Assembly: GCA_963840855.1 (NCBI GenBank)
Contig: CAWJBB010000040.1
Coordinates: forward strand, 256,001 to 320,000
Length of the DNA: 64,000 nt
Direction of reading: 5' to 3'
Source of the DNA: an uncultured delta proteobacterium
GTDB lineage: Bacteria > Desulfobacterota > Binatia > UBA9968
Shown: one piece after another, positions 20,439 through 31,331 of the stretch
Numbering within the stretch: the first letter of the stretch is position 1
Layout of the letters: the number at the start of each line of letters is the position of its first letter
The notes under the pieces: model-generated
The model's input: only the letters and a program-made list of their open reading frames with translations
The model's database searches: none
What the model was told of the DNA's origin: nothing
Position numbers and translations under genes: made by a program

Positions 20439-21080
20439 TTAACGCGTAGGTTCATGGTTTTGGTTTTTGGTATCGACCTGGAGACGTTCTTCGACTACGC
20501 TCCAATCAATGTTGGCGAAAAACGCCTCAATATATTTCGGGCGTTCAGCGGGTTTATAGTCGAGCAGGAATGCGTGTTCCCATACGTCCATCACGAGCAC
20601 TGGATTAAATCCCGCCACATTGCCGATTTCGTGCAACGTTACCCAGTGATTGGTGAGCCGCCCGCGTTTTGGATCCTGAAAGCAGATCGCCCAGCCCACG
20701 CCGCGCATTTTGCCGATGCTTACAAAGTCGGCTTTCCAGATGTCGTAGCTAGCGAAGCCTGCCTCGGCGGCTTTATAGAAAGCAGACTGCTTGCCCGGAT
20801 CACCCGACGCTGCTTTAGTCATGTTTCCAAAGTAATATTCATGCAGCACCATCCCGTTGTATTCAAAGCCGAGACGACGGGTCAGTTCTGAGTAGGCTGG
20901 CATTTCCTCCTGATCGACATGCCCATCCTTCAAGAAATCCCAGATTCTTTCTGTTAACCGGTTGGTTTCTTTAACGTAGCCCTCATACAGCTTGAAGTGC
21001 ATTTCCAAAGTCCGATCCGAGATGCCATGAAGTCCGCTAAGGTTGAACTGCTTAGCTTGATACGACCCATTTTTAACCAT
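20439..21080 (-). CDS. Fe/Mn superoxide dismutase family protein (ChrC-like)
   Basis: H..LYEGYV, NGMVLHEYYF, MDVWEHAFLLDY. Confidence 0.9.
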   Translation of the reverse strand: MVKNGSYQAKQFNLSGLHGISDRTLEMHFKLYEGYVKETNRLTERIWDFLKDGHVDQEEMPAYSELTRRLGFEYNGMVLHEYYFGNMTKAASGDPGKQSAFYKAAEAGFASYDIWKADFVSIGKMRGVGWAICFQDPKRGRLTNHWVTLHEIGNVAGFNPVLVMDVWEHAFLLDYKPAERPKYIEAFFANIDWSVVEERLQVDTKNQNHEPTR

Positions 21081-21194
21081 AGATTATTCCTCCTTCTCTT
21101 ACTTTGATCTCAACAGCCAGCAGCTAAGCGAGAGCCGCATAAGCTCGCCGCCGGACTTGGGGCTAATCTGGTTCTCGTCGCGCTGTTACGAACT

Positions 21195-21752
21195 TTATAT
21201 TCCTCCAAATTGATACCCTGCTCTTTCCAGTGCACGCGTGATGGCCTGGAGGATTAACGGGCCATCAGAATGGGGCGCCACGCGAACGTCGGGAGCAGAG
21301 CGTAGACGATCGAGAAGCGACTCTGCTTCCGAACCGGCCAACGCTTCGGAAGTTTCATAGGGACCCCCAGCTTCTTCCTCAATGGGATTGTGCCGTTCCA
21401 GGATCATACGAATAGTTGCGATGATCCCGAAAGTCGGTGTGGGCACAAGGAGTGCGGCGAGCGCGCCATGATCAAGACGGAGTTTAGCGGCAATCGGCAG
21501 TGGCTCGCCCCCACGTTTCTTTTGGGCAAACGGAAGCAGGACCTTTTCCTCCATGGCGATGTGCCTGAGCAAGCCTGCACGAAACTCGGCATAGGCAGCA
21601 AAATCGATCTGTTCCGGACGGCAGGTAGCCCGATCAAGCAATTCGGACAGACGAAGATGATCATCGACAAGGAACCTGTGAATCGGTCTCGCCGTTAAGT
21701 GTCCTCCGCAATTATTCATTAGTAACGCCCACGATCCTTGCACCCGGGGCAC
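21195..21752 (-). CDS. Hemerythrin-like (HHE) domain protein, start uncertain
   Basis: DH..L, LLRHIAMEEKVLLP, LDH, HNPIEE. Confidence 0.75.
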   Translation of the reverse strand: MPRVQGSWALLMNNCGGHLTARPIHRFLVDDHLRLSELLDRATCRPEQIDFAAYAEFRAGLLRHIAMEEKVLLPFAQKKRGGEPLPIAAKLRLDHGALAALLVPTPTFGIIATIRMILERHNPIEEEAGGPYETSEALAGSEAESLLDRLRSAPDVRVAPHSDGPLILQAITRALERAGYQFGGI

Positions 21753-21778
21753 TCAAACCCATTTGTTCGTTGCTTAGC

Positions 21779-22903
21779 TTACGTTGAAGCCAGGGACTCT
21801 GCGCCTGCGACAATTCTCTTGCGTTTTTCCTCGACCGCAGCCAGTAGCTGATCAAAAGACGCAGCAAAGGCGGAAACACCATCCGCTTGCAGCTTCTCAG
21901 TGATTGCGTCCAGATCAATGCCAAGATTCTTCAGGCGGCGTAAATCCAACTCTGCCTCCTTCAATCCTTCTTCCAAGGTAGAACCCTTCACCCGACCATG
22001 ATCTCTGAAGGCGTTCAGTGTGGCCGGAGGTAACGTATTGACCGTATCAGGTCCGATGAGATTTTCCACGTAGAGGACATCGGAGTAGTTGGGGTTTTTC
22101 GTTCCCGTACTAGCCCAGAGCGGGCGCTGGACCCTCGCCCCTCGACTGCGCACGATCGCGAAACCTTCCCCATGAAAGACCTCGCGAAAGCGCTGGTACA
22201 CGACCTTGCAGTTAGCGATGCCGATTTTACCCAAAAGCGCTCTCGCCTCCTCTATGCGTAATTTTTCCAGCGCGCCGTCAACCACGATGTCAACGCGACT
22301 GACAAAAAATGATGCAACCGAGGAGAGCTGTCCGGGATTCGAGCAGCGCTGCAATCCCCGGATATAGGCCCGTGCCACCGCCTCGTAGTGCTTCATCGAG
22401 AACATGAGAGTGATGTTGACATTCACTCCGTCGGCAATGAGGGCTTCGATAGCCGGAATTCCTTGCGGTGTTGCCGGAACTTTGATCATGACGTTCGGCC
22501 GGTCAACTTCCGCCCGCAATCGCTTAGCTTCATCAATCGTCCCTGCGGTATCATGAGCGAGATGCGGCGCCACCTCGATGCTGACAAAACCGTCGCCGCC
22601 TCCCGTCTCATGGTAGATGGGGCGCAGGATATCCGCCGCTTCGCGGATATCCTCGATGGCCAGTCTCTCGAACAGTTTGCCTGCCTCGATTTGCGAATCC
22701 TTCGCAAGCAGGGTACGCAGGGCATCGTCATAATCGGTGCTGCCGGCAATCGCTTTTTCGAAAATCGTGGGATTGCTGGTTACGCCCCGTACCCCATCTT
22801 CTTCCACGAGCCGTTTGAGCTCGCCGCTTTGAATAAGTCGTCTCTGGATGTAATCCAACCAGATGGACTGTCTTTGCTTCAGCAATTCTTTCAACGGGTT
22901 CAT
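21779..22903 (-). CDS. tal: Transaldolase
   Basis: IWLD, GVTSNPTIF, VMIKVPAT, ASFFVSRVD, RPLWASTGTKNP. Confidence 0.97.
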   Translation of the reverse strand: MNPLKELLKQRQSIWLDYIQRRLIQSGELKRLVEEDGVRGVTSNPTIFEKAIAGSTDYDDALRTLLAKDSQIEAGKLFERLAIEDIREAADILRPIYHETGGGDGFVSIEVAPHLAHDTAGTIDEAKRLRAEVDRPNVMIKVPATPQGIPAIEALIADGVNVNITLMFSMKHYEAVARAYIRGLQRCSNPGQLSSVASFFVSRVDIVVDGALEKLRIEEARALLGKIGIANCKVVYQRFREVFHGEGFAIVRSRGARVQRPLWASTGTKNPNYSDVLYVENLIGPDTVNTLPPATLNAFRDHGRVKGSTLEEGLKEAELDLRRLKNLGIDLDAITEKLQADGVSAFAASFDQLLAAVEEKRKRIVAGAESLAST

Positions 22904-23012
22904 GATGCCGCCTTTGTGCTTTATTTCTTGTTTGATTTGCGAATCTGTCTACCAGACCTCTCGTTTACGACCGAACAAGAATCTTGTCATGCAATTTTTA
23001 AAAAACTTAGAT

Positions 23013-23028
23013 CGCAACTGTTGTGCCA
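23013..23028 (-). promoter_or_regulatory. Sigma54 -24/-12 promoter for tal
   Basis: TGGCACAACAGTTGCG (GG-N10-GC). Confidence 0.75.
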
Positions 23029-23438
23029 AATCCTGGATGTAACGACCGTCACGAGACAGATCACTTTCGATGGTTTGCAAAAACATCAAGGATAGCTGGA
23101 CGTTCACACGGGCCAGTTTCCTGGCACTACTCTTGAGTAGAGTAATCAAACGCCGACGGACAGGACGCCCTATTCTTGAAAGCGGTTAGAGTGAGTTTGG
23201 GACAAGCGCAAAGTTCAAGACAATGATCGCATCCTTGGAGCACTAAAAACAGTTGTTGAAACCGGCGTCCAGGGAAACTCGCACAACCGAAACGAGAAAA
23301 AGAATATCCGTCTACAGGAGGACGACGAAGAGCGCAAGAATGCCACACTACCCACACAATTTTGCCGCATTCGATCTTCTACCGTGATCCAATTTCCAGT
23401 ATTTGAGCATAAGACACTTGCGCCGGCGCGTTCAGCTT

Positions 23439-23453
23439 TGGCATAAACCTTGC
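23439..23453 (+). promoter_or_regulatory. Sigma54 -24/-12 promoter for the FAD oxidoreductase
   Basis: TGGCATAAACCTTGC. Confidence 0.7.
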
Positions 23454-23610
23454 GCTTGTAAGTTTATAGAACTGTAAAGCCACTCGACGGGTTTTTGCCA
23501 AGGCCGCGGGGGATTTCGGACCGGATGAAACAGCGGTGACGAGTTTACCGAGAGTGACGATCCTAATTCATTAAAGGAATCCGCGGCGAAAAATATCATC
23601 AGGAGGCATA

Positions 23611-24807
23611 ATGTCACACTATACATACTTGATCGTTGGTGGAGGGATGACCGCTGATGCTGCGGTTAGAGGTATTCGGGAAGTAGATGCATTTCGCTCC
23701 ATTGGCGTGTTCAGCATGGAGTCTGACCCGCCTTATAACCGACCACCTCTTTCAAAGGATCTTTGGAAGGGAGCGCCTATGACAAGTATCTGGCGGAAAA
23801 CCGAGGATCAAGGTGCGGAGCTTCACCTCGGCTGCAAGGTCGAGAGCATCGATCCGCAACAAAAGCGCATTATCGATAATAAGGGAACGTCCCATTCTTT
23901 TGACAAACTGCTCCTGGCCACAGGCGGATCTCCTCGGCAACTCCCATTTGGAGCAGGCCAGATCATTTACTTCAGGACAATAACGGATTATCGGCGGTTG
24001 CAGGCGCTTGCTGAAAAAGGGCAGCGCTTTGCGGTTATCGGCGGTGGCTTTATCGGTTCGGAAATTGCCGCAGGCTTGGCGTCAAACGGAAAACAAGTGA
24101 CGATGATCACACCTGAGCAGACCATCGGGAGCCGCGTGTTTCCTCACGATTTGGGGCTTTACTTAAATGCGTACTACGAAGACAAGGGAGTTAAGCTCCT
24201 TACCGAAGAAGCAGTCGTGGACGTGGAAGCGCGCGGGGATTTCGTTGCCGTCAAGAGCCGCGCTTTGAAAACCGCACAGGATCGAGAGGTCGTCGTGGAT
24301 GGCGTCGTGGCCGGCATCGGCATCAAGACAAATGTCGAACTGGCGCTGGGAGCGGGACTCCAGGTTGACAACGGGATAGTGGTGGACGAGTTCCTCCGCA
24401 CAAACCACCCAGACATCCATGCGGCCGGAGACGTAGCCGCTTTTTATAATCCTTTGCTCAGCAAGCGCATTCGTGTGGAACATGAAGACAATGCCAACAC
24501 AATGGGCCGGCTGGCGGGCCGTAACATGGCTGGCGAACGAGAGCCTTATGACCACCTTCCTTCCTTCTATTCGGATCTTTTCGAATTGAGCTACGAGGCT
24601 GTGGGAGAATTAGACCCTAGGCTTGAGATCGTAACAGGCTGGACAGAGAAGAACGGCTCGGGCGCGATATATTACCTCCGCGAGAGTCGCGTTCGCGGGG
24701 TGCTTTTGTGGAACATCTGGGGAGCGGTAAATGCGGCCCGGGAGCTGATTGCCCAACTAGGCCCGTTTAACCTCGAGGATCTTAAGAAACGGCTCCCTTT
24801 AGGTTAA
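23611..24807 (+). CDS. FAD/NAD(P)-dependent oxidoreductase (ferredoxin reductase/AIF-like)
   Basis: IVGGG, PYNRPPLSK, LLLATG, IGGGFIGSE, AAGDVA, RVEH. Confidence 0.9.
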   Translation: MSHYTYLIVGGGMTADAAVRGIREVDAFRSIGVFSMESDPPYNRPPLSKDLWKGAPMTSIWRKTEDQGAELHLGCKVESIDPQQKRIIDNKGTSHSFDKLLLATGGSPRQLPFGAGQIIYFRTITDYRRLQALAEKGQRFAVIGGGFIGSEIAAGLASNGKQVTMITPEQTIGSRVFPHDLGLYLNAYYEDKGVKLLTEEAVVDVEARGDFVAVKSRALKTAQDREVVVDGVVAGIGIKTNVELALGAGLQVDNGIVVDEFLRTNHPDIHAAGDVAAFYNPLLSKRIRVEHEDNANTMGRLAGRNMAGEREPYDHLPSFYSDLFELSYEAVGELDPRLEIVTGWTEKNGSGAIYYLRESRVRGVLLWNIWGAVNAARELIAQLGPFNLEDLKKRLPLG

Positions 24808-24984
24808 TGAGGTTACGAAAGCGCATCTTGAAATTGGCATTCAGGCCACGTTTTTCACGAAACTTTCAGGGCAAGGATGGGGCAAGAATGTGTGGCGATT
24901 GGGGCATTTTTGCGCCTTACGTAGCTCTTGGAAGCGTAGTTGTTTAATACACCTTTAGTGAACGCTAACACTTGGATTGCGATC

Positions 24985-25140
24985 GCCGCTCTGGTTCGAC
25001 CAGCTCACCATGAATGGAATTCTTCTCGCTGTTCCGTTCGTACTGAGGCTCGGCTGATAAAAGCATTGTGGCGTTGGTACATTCGGAAAAATACGATCTG
25101 ATCATCATGTCCACAATCGGCAGCGCCAGTTTAACCCGCT
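24985..25140 (+). pseudogene. Possible universal stress protein remnant
   Basis: Manual translation ADKSIVALVHSEKYDLIIMSTIGSASLTR resembles the USP DLIVM motif. Confidence 0.4.
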
Positions 25141-25163
25141 CGTCAGAACTTCCCCGCGTCAGC

Positions 25164-25617
25164 TTAGGAAAAAGTATAGAAGGTACCTAAGATAACGCCA
25201 AAGATGATGTGTGCAATGACCACTGACATCGGAGTCTGAAATCCATAGTTTAGCGCGAGAAAACCGGGAGGCTCTAGCTGGCGCATCAGAGTAGGTCCCT
25301 GTTGTTCACTGGCCATTCGCGGGTGGAGAACGGGCATGAGCCGCATACCAGCGGTAAGAACGAAGCTCGCGTGCACAAGTCCCGTTAGCGCCCCAGAGGT
25401 GGAACGCAGCCACATATATGAGCGAAAACAACCACCCGTTAATCAAATGGAGAAAAAAACCGATAAGCTTTGCACGGTCTCGGCTGGGCGTGAACATGCT
25501 GCCGAGCATGTAAGGAAGATTCATCCGCGTAAAACCAAGCCCTTGGCTCCCGGCCATCAGAGTCGTTAGAACGATTGTAGCCACAAATCCCCAGAGAGCC
25601 CAGCTGCCCCAGTTCAT
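25164..25617 (-). pseudogene. Membrane protein split by a frameshift near 25395
   Basis: ORFs 25306-25617 and 25164-25415 join into one hydrophobic protein; overlaps GH15 stop. Confidence 0.7.
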
Positions 25618-27470
25618 AACCTCACCGCGGCGCTAAACGACGAATCTTTGTCAGGAATCTCGCGCTCGACTGCTTTTCCACCATGCAGGCGCTTTGCCAA
25701 TGAAAGCGCGGCGTTGATCAGGCCCACATGCGTGAACGCCTGGGGGAAATTTCCCAGGGCATCCCCAGTCTCCGGGTCAATCTCCTCTGCGAACAGGCCC
25801 AAGTCGTTTGCGTAACCGATCAGCCCTTCGAAGACTTCCTGCGCCTCCTCGGTACTCCCACCGCCAAGAGCCAAATATTCCGCTCCCCAAAAACTGCAGA
25901 TGCCGAATGCTCCCTCGCCGGGCGATTCACCGGCCCGATAGCGGTATAGGAGTCCACCACCGGCCCCGAGGCGCTCCCGCACCCGAGCATAGGTCTGGCG
26001 CATCCGGTACGAAGATGCGCTGTCAAATCCGTACCAAGGTAAAAGCAGCAGGCTCGCATCAAGCTCGTTTCCATTTAAGTGCGCTACATAACTTTGCAGC
26101 TTCGGATTCCAAGCGCGCTCTTCGACTTCGCGACGGATCGCCTCCCGGGTTTTCTGAAACTCACTGGCGGGAGCCTCGGGGAGATGCCCCCGCGCGTGAA
26201 GCTCAACGAGCCGATCGAGAGCCACCCAGCAAAGGACGCGCGAATGGGTGTTATGGTAGCGTCCCGAGCGCAGCTCCCAGATGCCTTCGTCCGGCTCTTG
26301 CCAGTTGCGGCAGACGTAATCGCCGAACGCGCAGAGCATCGGCCGCGTCTCTCTATCCAATATGCCGCCGGCGCAGATGAAATGAGTCACCGCGTCAATG
26401 ACTTCCCCATAAACGTCAAGCTGCAGCTGGTCGACAGCCGCGTTGCCGATCCTAACCGGACGCGATGAACCATATCCGATCAAATGAGTAAGCGTCCGTT
26501 CGGTCTGCGGACTCCGCCCGTAGACGTCGTAAAGTATCCGCAATTCGGGACGCGCAAGCCGGGTCGAGTGAAGCAGCCAGTTTACGAACGCGTCGGCTTC
26601 ATCCAGACATCCCAGGCCCAGTAACGCGCGCACCGTTAAAGAAGCGTCGCGCAACCAGCAATAACGGTAATCGCAATTGAGTGTTCCGCCGAGGCGCTCT
26701 GGAAGAGAGGTCGTCGGCGCCGCGACGATCGCACCTGAGGGAGCATAAAATAAAAGTCTTAACACAAGGGCGCTCCGTATAACCGCGGTACGGCTGGGGC
26801 CGTCATATCGCAAATGCCCGGCCCAACGACTCCACCACGCAGTTGACCGATCGATCGCTGCGCGCGTTCTCTCGCCGAGCGGCGGAAAGACGGCCGGCCA
26901 TTCGGCCGAAAAAGTGAGGGAAAAATCAAGTTCCTCTCCAGCGCGGAGGCGAGCCCGCGCATAGACTGTCCCATCGCCTCGAAGGCTTAGAGGAAGTTTC
27001 GACCGGAGAGTGAGTAAACCGTCGCCCGTCTCGATCCGGAGCCCAAGCGTGCCGCCATCTTGCAGCCGGGAGCTTTTCTGCGCGTACCGAGGTCGCGCGT
27101 CGAAGAGCACCTCCACTTCAACCTCCCCTTTCTCGCACTCGACGAGGCGCAGGATCTCATGCTCGGGAAGTAGGAGTTTTCTTTGCTCTTCCTCTGAAGC
27201 GACAGGCATGAGGTCGATCAATAACAGCGAACCCCCTTCCGTTCGAAACCTGGTCTCGAGAATGTTGGTCTCATCCATATAGCGCCGCTCGGTTTTGAAG
27301 GGAGCGGTGGGAGCGATTCGCCAATGACCGGCGTGCGGGTCAAGCAAAGCGCCGAAAATCGAAGCGCTGTCGAACCGCGGCCAACAGAGCCAGTCAATGG
27401 ATCCCTCGCGCGAGATTAAGGCCGCCGAGCGGCAATCGCCTATGATCGCGTAATCATGAATGTGCTGCAT
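25614..27470 (-). CDS. Glycoside hydrolase family 15 (glucoamylase/trehalase-like)
   Basis: IHDYAIIGDCRSAAL, AAPTTSLPE, DYRYCWLRD, QLDVYGE, GNFPQAFTH. Confidence 0.95.
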   Translation of the reverse strand: MQHIHDYAIIGDCRSAALISREGSIDWLCWPRFDSASIFGALLDPHAGHWRIAPTAPFKTERRYMDETNILETRFRTEGGSLLLIDLMPVASEEEQRKLLLPEHEILRLVECEKGEVEVEVLFDARPRYAQKSSRLQDGGTLGLRIETGDGLLTLRSKLPLSLRGDGTVYARARLRAGEELDFSLTFSAEWPAVFPPLGERTRAAIDRSTAWWSRWAGHLRYDGPSRTAVIRSALVLRLLFYAPSGAIVAAPTTSLPERLGGTLNCDYRYCWLRDASLTVRALLGLGCLDEADAFVNWLLHSTRLARPELRILYDVYGRSPQTERTLTHLIGYGSSRPVRIGNAAVDQLQLDVYGEVIDAVTHFICAGGILDRETRPMLCAFGDYVCRNWQEPDEGIWELRSGRYHNTHSRVLCWVALDRLVELHARGHLPEAPASEFQKTREAIRREVEERAWNPKLQSYVAHLNGNELDASLLLLPWYGFDSASSYRMRQTYARVRERLGAGGGLLYRYRAGESPGEGAFGICSFWGAEYLALGGGSTEEAQEVFEGLIGYANDLGLFAEEIDPETGDALGNFPQAFTHVGLINAALSLAKRLHGGKAVEREIPDKDSSFSAAVRL

Positions 27471-27576
27471 GGTGCTGATGGATCCCGACTCCTACTGCCG
27501 GACGCTAGAGCCGACCTGTCGAGTCATCACCCCACAGTCCGAGTAGGAGCCGTTTATCAGTTGGTTTGGGCCGAGT

Positions 27577-27990
27577 TCATTCCTCGCGCTCGGCTAATCT
27601 GGCAAGGGCAAGAGCGCCGAACGAGAGGCCTAGATCGCGCAACGCGACGTCGTAGTATCCCGGCACCAGCAACAAATTGATAATGATGCCCCAGAGCCAG
27701 CCGGCGACGACCCAAGCACCGAACTTAGGTTTCACCGCGACCACGATCCCGGCGATTATTTCGATAACTCCTACAACCATCATAAAACCCGACGCATCGA
27801 TGCCGGTCCACCTCGGCACCAGGGGTGTGAGATACTGAGTCCAGTCCACCAGCAAATTAAAAAATTTGTCGAGCCCAGCAACGATGGGTGCGACGGTGAA
27901 CCCGAACTTGAGAATCGTATAGGCCTGATGTGCGTAGTCTGTGCTCTGTTCAGCTGCCACGTACTCTGACCTGGTCATTGGACGAGCCAT
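27577..27990 (-). CDS. DoxX-like membrane protein
   Basis: APIVAGLDKFFN, VGVIEI, YYDVALRD; AAGGAGG RBS. Confidence 0.75.
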   Translation of the reverse strand: MARPMTRSEYVAAEQSTDYAHQAYTILKFGFTVAPIVAGLDKFFNLLVDWTQYLTPLVPRWTGIDASGFMMVVGVIEIIAGIVVAVKPKFGAWVVAGWLWGIIINLLLVPGYYDVALRDLGLSFGALALARLAEREE

Positions 27991-28053
27991 TTTCGTTTCC
28001 TCCTTTTAAAGAATTTTTACGGATGCCTCGTCAAGCATCCGCCAAGACGTAAG

Positions 28054-28069
28054 AGCAACAAAGATGCCA
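28054..28069 (-). promoter_or_regulatory. Sigma54 -24/-12 promoter for the DoxX-GH15 unit
   Basis: TGGCATCTTTGTTGCT. Confidence 0.75.
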
Positions 28070-28457
28070 GCTGCAGACGGGAAGATTAACTCGCGAAAGT
28101 ACCGATGTTGCACGCCGAGTTCCGGAAAGAGTGATGTTGCATGAAACAGTTGCAACGTTGTAAATGTTTCACCGTTTCATCCCGGCGAGCTTTGGATTCT
28201 CTTGAGCTTTCGCCATAGCGTTGTGCGGCTGCTTCAAAGAAAGTCTCCAGCGCGTGGAAAAATCTTGCTTTATCTGTGATTGATAGATGTAGCAAAAATG
28301 CGCGGCAAGTGTGGCGTTCATGCGCTTCGGGATTTTCCATGAAATGCTTCCGTCGAAATCCCTAGTTTTCGTCATGACAATTTCAGCTCATGGCAAACGT
28401 AATCAGCATTCCGCAATCATCATGGTCGTTTGCCGTTTCTTTCAAAGTATTCTCTGC

Positions 28458-29342
28458 CTAAGGCCTAACGGTAATGACCGGGCAAGAAGCTTCCCTGATC
28501 ACGCGCTCGGCGACACTTCCCAAGAAAAATCTGGGTACGCCTTTTCTCGCATGCGTGCCCATAACAATCATATCAATGCCTTCTTCCCGGACGAAACTAA
28601 CGATACCAGACCACGGCCGGGAAAATGCCTTGACTCTCGTGAACTCGGGTACGCCCTTACGTTTCTGCGCTGGGACCGTCTCCAGCATCGCATCCAGCTT
28701 TTCGGTAGCAACCCTGCGCAGTCTACCCATGAATCCCCCTTTTACCGTATCCCAAGACTTGTGAGCTTGGATTATGTGCAAGAGAAACACAGAAGCACCC
28801 AATGTTCCGGCGAATTCCAACGCCCATTCCAGCGATACATTGTCAGCGAGCGAAAAGCTGCTGGGGACAAGGATTTTCTTCACAGCGGGCTTTTTCGCTG
28901 CCTGCCGCACGGTTAAGATCGGGACATGCGATTCCCGTAAGACCTTGGTCGTCGTGCTCCCAAGCAGCATTCGACCCCAAAGATTGAGACCTCTTTTTCC
29001 CATCGCAATCATATCGACGTCGTGGCTCTGCGCCGCCTTGATTATCTCTTGATACGGAATGCCCCTGACAACTCGTGTCTCCGCTTTGATTCCTTTTTGC
29101 TCAAGGACAGTTCCCAGGCGCCTAAGCCGCTTGGCTTCTCTTGTCCCCAGTTCACGGTCGATGAGCGATATTTCTGCTTTTAGACCATCGGGGACCTCCA
29201 ATGTGCAGAGGTCCGGACTTTCGATTACACTTAGGGCGCTCACGCTTGCGCCGAGCCGCGTGGCGCATAGCTCTGCCCACCTGAGTGCGTCACGCGATTC
29301 CTTTGATCCGTCGCTTGCCCAAAGAATTTTTTTGATTTGCAT
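28458..29342 (-). CDS. Tandem universal stress protein
   Basis: Two USP domains (DMIAMGKRG...LGSTT; DMIVMGTHA...LGSVAERVIR). Confidence 0.95.
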   Translation of the reverse strand: MQIKKILWASDGSKESRDALRWAELCATRLGASVSALSVIESPDLCTLEVPDGLKAEISLIDRELGTREAKRLRRLGTVLEQKGIKAETRVVRGIPYQEIIKAAQSHDVDMIAMGKRGLNLWGRMLLGSTTTKVLRESHVPILTVRQAAKKPAVKKILVPSSFSLADNVSLEWALEFAGTLGASVFLLHIIQAHKSWDTVKGGFMGRLRRVATEKLDAMLETVPAQKRKGVPEFTRVKAFSRPWSGIVSFVREEGIDMIVMGTHARKGVPRFFLGSVAERVIREASCPVITVRP

Positions 29343-29786
29343 CAGTTTTTCTCCTCCCGTTTACCTTAACGATATCCGCAAGATCCCATCTTTGTTGGGA
29401 CCAGATTTCTTGTGTGTCACTTGTAGCGTTGATGCTCCAAAAAAGAGAGCACAATCTTCGTTAACAATCCCGCATTAAGAGGCCCGCCTCTCCAGGCAAA
29501 GGTCAGACAAAGACACCCGATATTGCGCTTACCCTCGTGAAGATGGAGTAAAACCGGGCTCATCAGAACCACGATGGCGCGCCGGGAGCTCATATGTGCA
29601 CGCCCAATACCGTGTACCCTTTTTCCTTAAGTACATCAGCGAGGCGATTGGGGTCCGTAGCCGGTAAGTGCAACTAGCACTCCCGGCTTGCGTCCCAGCT
29701 CTCCCTGTACGTCCCACGCCAAGAACGTCTCCCCCTCCTCGGCAATCGTCTCCGAGGCAAGACCGAGATCGTGCAGTCAACCACTG

Positions 29787-30120
29787 CTACTCCGGCAGCG
29801 TATAGCGCCCTTCGATGAAGCTCATCATGAGTCCTCGGGTTTCCACCGGTCGCAAATCCTGCCTTTGCTCAATCCGTTCTGCGTGTCCTTCACCGCTTCG
29901 CGAAACCAGCGTGAGTAGTCGCCTCTGTACAAGTGAAATAGCCAGGTTTCTTCGTTGATACCCTCGGCAATCTGCGAAAAAATCACAAGGTTCTGGGCCT
30001 TGAGGTTGTGCCGGTCCCGCCGGTCCCCGAAAGTAGAAGCTGTGATCCCGCATGTTGCCCTCAGCATACTTACGAAGATGGCGGATGCGCTCGACGCGAC
30101 CGGACATTATTCGCATAGAG
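29787..30120 (-). pseudogene. C-terminal remnant of a larger protein, probably a HAD hydrolase/ATPase fusion
   Basis: RHLRKYAEG...SFYFRGP / NLKAQNL...WLFHL.RGDYSRWFR split across two frames. Confidence 0.55.
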
Positions 30121-30247
30121 AACGGCGCTTTTTCCGCTGTGGAAAAACCACATGATCGTATGACCGCTTTTGTACGACTTCAGCATGAGTTGCAGCGCTG
30201 ACACCGATCCCGGCATGAACCCACTCGCCATAGCGCCTACCTATCCT

Positions 30248-30475
30248 TTAATAAGGACGGTCACTGTACTCGGAAATACCGCCCTGCTCATGATGTCTCG
30301 GCATGGTAGGGCCTTTGAATCTTGGTAAAAACCCCATCCTTATCTTCCATCTTCCGAGACTAACCACCAGCCCGGCGATACCCACACTGATTAGGACGAT
30401 GCTGATGATAGGAAGAATAACGGCAGAAAACACGTCCAAAGCCATGAGGCCAAAAATTGAAGATAAGCTACTCAT
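30248..30475 (-). CDS. Small hydrophobic membrane protein (paralog of 20104-20310)
   Basis: Same GAAAGGATC-N-ACATGAGT start context; LPI...VG.AGLV..GRWK. Confidence 0.6.
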   Translation of the reverse strand: MSSLSSIFGLMALDVFSAVILPIISIVLISVGIAGLVVSLGRWKIRMGFLPRFKGPTMPRHHEQGGISEYSDRPY

Positions 30476-30584
30476 GTCGATCCTTTCTTTTTGCAATATC
30501 GTAAAATCCGACTTCGTAGGCTCTGTGGCGACAATGCGCGGTTGCCTTGATAATAGAGAACATAGGCGAGCGTAAGAAACCCGA

Positions 30585-30968
30585 TCATTTGCGTACAAAG
30601 TCCGCGACACTCATTCTTTTTCTTAATTTTGCGATTAGAAAACCCCTCAGGGCCACAGCGTTGTTGTGCTCTGAGTCTCGGGCGCTGTAAAGCAAAGTGA
30701 CATCGGATCTGCGGGATCTCTCCATAATCGGCTGCCAGGTCTCCGGCTTCACGCGAAGCTCGGCAAAGTACTGCTTGCGAAACTCCTTCCACTTCTTGGC
30801 ATCGTGTCCGAACCATTTGCGCAAACTATCACTGGGGGCCACCTCCTTGAACCAGCCGTCCAGTGCCAAGGTCTCTTTCTTCGATCCCCTGGGCCAAAGC
30901 CGGTCGACAAGAAAACGACTACCGTCGCTTGCCGCTGGCTTCTCGTATACACGCTTGACTCTGATCAT
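30585..30968 (-). CDS. DUF488 (YeaO-like) protein
   Basis: MIRVKRVYE...LVDRLWPRG...APSDSLRKWFGHD...HNNAVAL. Confidence 0.9.
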   Translation of the reverse strand: MIRVKRVYEKPAASDGSRFLVDRLWPRGSKKETLALDGWFKEVAPSDSLRKWFGHDAKKWKEFRKQYFAELRVKPETWQPIMERSRRSDVTLLYSARDSEHNNAVALRGFLIAKLRKRMSVADFVRK

Positions 30969-31049
30969 TGAGTGGAATCCTCGAGACTGCTCTTGTTCTT
31001 TTGGTCTTGCGAAACAAATATCTAGCCAAAAGCCACAACTACGTGCATC

Positions 31050-31065
31050 CGCAATGTTCGTGCCG
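31050..31065 (-). promoter_or_regulatory. Sigma54 -24/-12 promoter for the DUF488 gene
   Basis: CGGCACGAACATTGCG. Confidence 0.65.
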
Positions 31066-31331
31066 GAGAAGCAAACCGGCGCGCGGCTCAAAAGAAATGC
31101 GCTTAGCGCGTTTACTTGAGAAAAAACCGACCCTCTAAAAATATTGCCGGAAAGTTTCATTTTCGTAGACCCTAAGATGAGGCAAAATTGTGAGGCGGTG
31201 TGGCATTGTTGTATTCTCATGGACCGGCAGGAAAGAATGTCTGCCCAAACTCGGACAAAAATCAGGAAGGTAAAGGACAACCGACAGCCTTCAAAAATGG
31301 AGGTTTTTGCGATAGCGATACAATGGATTCG

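Noticed and set aside
28086-28375. Short ORFs between DoxX and USP
   Set aside because: They lie in the upstream region of a sigma54 promoter and have no motifs or RBS
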